Of a stretch of 64,000 nt of DNA, positions 62,506 to 64,000 are shown piece after piece. Position numbers and translations under genes: made by a program. Numbering within the stretch: position 1 is the stretch's first letter; every line of letters starts with the position of its first letter. The stretch lies in the IMG/VR virus record IMGVR_UViG_3300042308_001616, positions 58,861 through 122,860 of that record; one strand, given 5' to 3'. The notes under the pieces were generated by a model. That model ran no database searches. It was not told where the DNA came from and was given only the letters and a program-made list of their open reading frames with translations. This stretch comes from a virus.

Positions 62506-62802
62506 TTAGGGTACGAGGTTTATCCCGCCATTCCATGCGGTTCCTTCGACAATATTGCCACTCTCGAAAATCCCTCCTTGCCATTTTCCATGGAAGCTAC
62601 CGGATTTGAAAATTCCCCACTTCCAAACTCCAAAAAGAAAATCACCAGAATGCCATATAAGTGTATTCTTTCTTATCTCCAATTTGGCATTTTCGATTTC
62701 ACAATCGATGAGCCAGGTGAATCCTTCAGATTTTAACTTTTTAGAAATTTCTTTTTGGTCGGTGTATGTTTTACCATCCACACTTAGTTCTGAGTATTTC
62801 AT
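62506..62802 (-). CDS. Hypothetical protein (98 aa)
   Basis: ORF with a CTTATATATTAACAC motif upstream. Confidence 0.4.
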   Translation of the reverse strand: MKYSELSVDGKTYTDQKEISKKLKSEGFTWLIDCEIENAKLEIRKNTLIWHSGDFLFGVWKWGIFKSGSFHGKWQGGIFESGNIVEGTAWNGGINLVP

Positions 62803-62922
62803 ATCACTGTGTGTAATTTATGTCTTATATATTAACACACTTTACAGACATTTACACACATCGCGGAAAACAAGTGGTTTTATAAAGTGGAAGGCATCAC
62901 TTTTTTTGTGATGCCTTCCTTC

Positions 62923-63498
62923 TTATGCCATTGATTTTATTTTATCTCTTATTATTGCTGCAGTTTCGTAGTCTTCAATCGAAACAGCATGCATCATTTT
63001 TTCGGTAAGTGATTCTATACTCTCTTTTCTCTCTTTTCTCTTAGGTGCATCACCAGAGAGGAATCGATCATAGAAGTCGTTAGATAAATCGTAACCTTTG
63101 GATTTGAAGTGTGCATATGCGTAAACCGATTCTATACCTTTTGGTTGTTTCGGTGTCTTTATTTGTGACATACGGTGGAATTCATCCAATTTGTCGGTAG
63201 TTATTGCAAGACTATCGTCTGTCTCCAATCTTTTAGAATATACATATTTAGTGGTATCACCTCTTTTTACAAAATCACCAAATAGATTTATATACTCTAT
63301 AGCTATTATTTTTGAGAATCTAAGGTCAATCCATATTTTACCAGTGAAATCCTGTGGTCCGTTACCAACATATTTTTTATAACTAACCAACTTCTCAAAA
63401 TCGAGACAATATTTCTCACTTATGAAGAAAAGTTGTATAGGTGTATGTGACGCCACGTTTATACATATTGTGTTTATCGGATCAAATTCTATCATCAC
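62923..63498 (-). CDS. Hypothetical protein (191 aa) with C-terminal UVR-like motif (IEDYETAAIIRDKI)
   Basis: ORF; the motif resembles the UvrB/UvrC UVR domain (FE.AA.LRD.I). Confidence 0.4.
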   Translation of the reverse strand: MMIEFDPINTICINVASHTPIQLFFISEKYCLDFEKLVSYKKYVGNGPQDFTGKIWIDLRFSKIIAIEYINLFGDFVKRGDTTKYVYSKRLETDDSLAITTDKLDEFHRMSQIKTPKQPKGIESVYAYAHFKSKGYDLSNDFYDRFLSGDAPKRKERKESIESLTEKMMHAVSIEDYETAAIIRDKIKSMA

Positions 63499-63572
63499 TT
63501 TCTTTTTTTACGAAAATAAGGAAAAATCCGAGAACGAACAATTTATATATATGCAAAACGCAATAAAATTTC

Positions 63573-64000
63573 ATGAAATATCTGGCGAAAAGAGAAGACT
63601 TCCTAAGAAGTGCGAAAAAGCTAAGTCAAAAATCTGACTTTATAAAGGAAAGCAAAGGTGATTGGAGACTCATAACAGAAGAAGCTCCATTCGAAAATGA
63701 TATACCGTGGGCAGAATCACTTATCGGAAGGTTTATCTACCATCAGATAATACAGAGGATTGAAGATGGAACCAGACTACTTAGAATCTTACCTTTGACA
63801 AGAAGACTAAGATCCGAGTTTGACAACCTGGTATCGGAAGGTTACTTACTAAACGTAGATGATGATAAGAAAGCATTGATGGGTAAGCTAACACTACATG
63901 CGGTTTTTGAAGCTCTCATAATACATGTTGATAAAGGTGCAAAAGTAGAAGTACTTAAAAACCTAACAGATGAGGCACAAGAAACGGTGAAGAAAATGCC
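63573..64000 (+). CDS. Partial hypothetical protein (continues beyond the window)
   Basis: Frame open from ATG at 63573 to the window end (MKYLAKREDFLRSAKKLSQKSDFIKESKGDW...). Promoter-like AATTTATATATATGC lies upstream. Confidence 0.4.
   Translation, partial: MKYLAKREDFLRSAKKLSQKSDFIKESKGDWRLITEEAPFENDIPWAESLIGRFIYHQIIQRIEDGTRLLRILPLTRRLRSEFDNLVSEGYLLNVDDDKKALMGKLTLHAVFEALIIHVDKGAKVEVLKNLTDEAQETVKKM

Overview
This window reads as an AT-rich (~35% GC) segment of a T4-like tailed phage genome. The T4-core genes are scattered rather than syntenic: a gp23-like major capsid protein, a fused gp21-like prohead protease plus repeat-rich scaffold, a gp20-like portal, a gp17-like large terminase, a gp44-like clamp loader, a gp25-like baseplate wedge protein and a gp55-like late sigma factor that appears frameshifted. 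Between them sit accessory genes. The most striking block is at 11.9-24.6 kb: two giant collagen-like fibre genes (1193 and 2433 aa; over 1000 aa of Gly-Ser-Ser / Gly-Thr-Ser triplets), followed by a tandem array of four paralogous ~140-aa domains and a LamG-like protein. Immediately upstream of the fibres (1-10.6 kb) is a glycosylation/methylation gene set: a fused FkbM+TylF-like methyltransferase, a GT2-like glycosyltransferase with a GWGGEDDD motif, a SAM methyltransferase and a large GT4+GT9-like bifunctional glycosyltransferase. Together with the S/T-rich collagen fibres these look like a candidate virion fibre glycosylation system. A second accessory island (25.7-33.9 kb) carries a minimal nucleotidyltransferase-fold protein, a possible mini ADP-ribosyltransferase-like protein, a Dam-type N6-adenine methyltransferase, a NADAR (ADP-ribosyl hydrolase) domain protein, a ~440-bp GC-rich noncoding region, an SPFH/band-7 protein with a small membrane partner, and an M20/M28/M42-type metallopeptidase. 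Other notable items are a phage-encoded RNase R/II exoribonuclease inside the head module, a ClpS adaptor homologue, two Vsr-like homing endonucleases (one with ~12 tandem 22-aa repeats), HAD and 2H phosphoesterases, and a 409-aa protein with T7-RNAP/Pol-A-like motifs. A conserved AATATATAA-type promoter-like motif sits upstream of many genes on both strands, and there are several clear hairpin terminators. No rRNA, confident tRNA, CRISPR array or integrase was seen. All functional calls are from motif reading by eye, without database searches.
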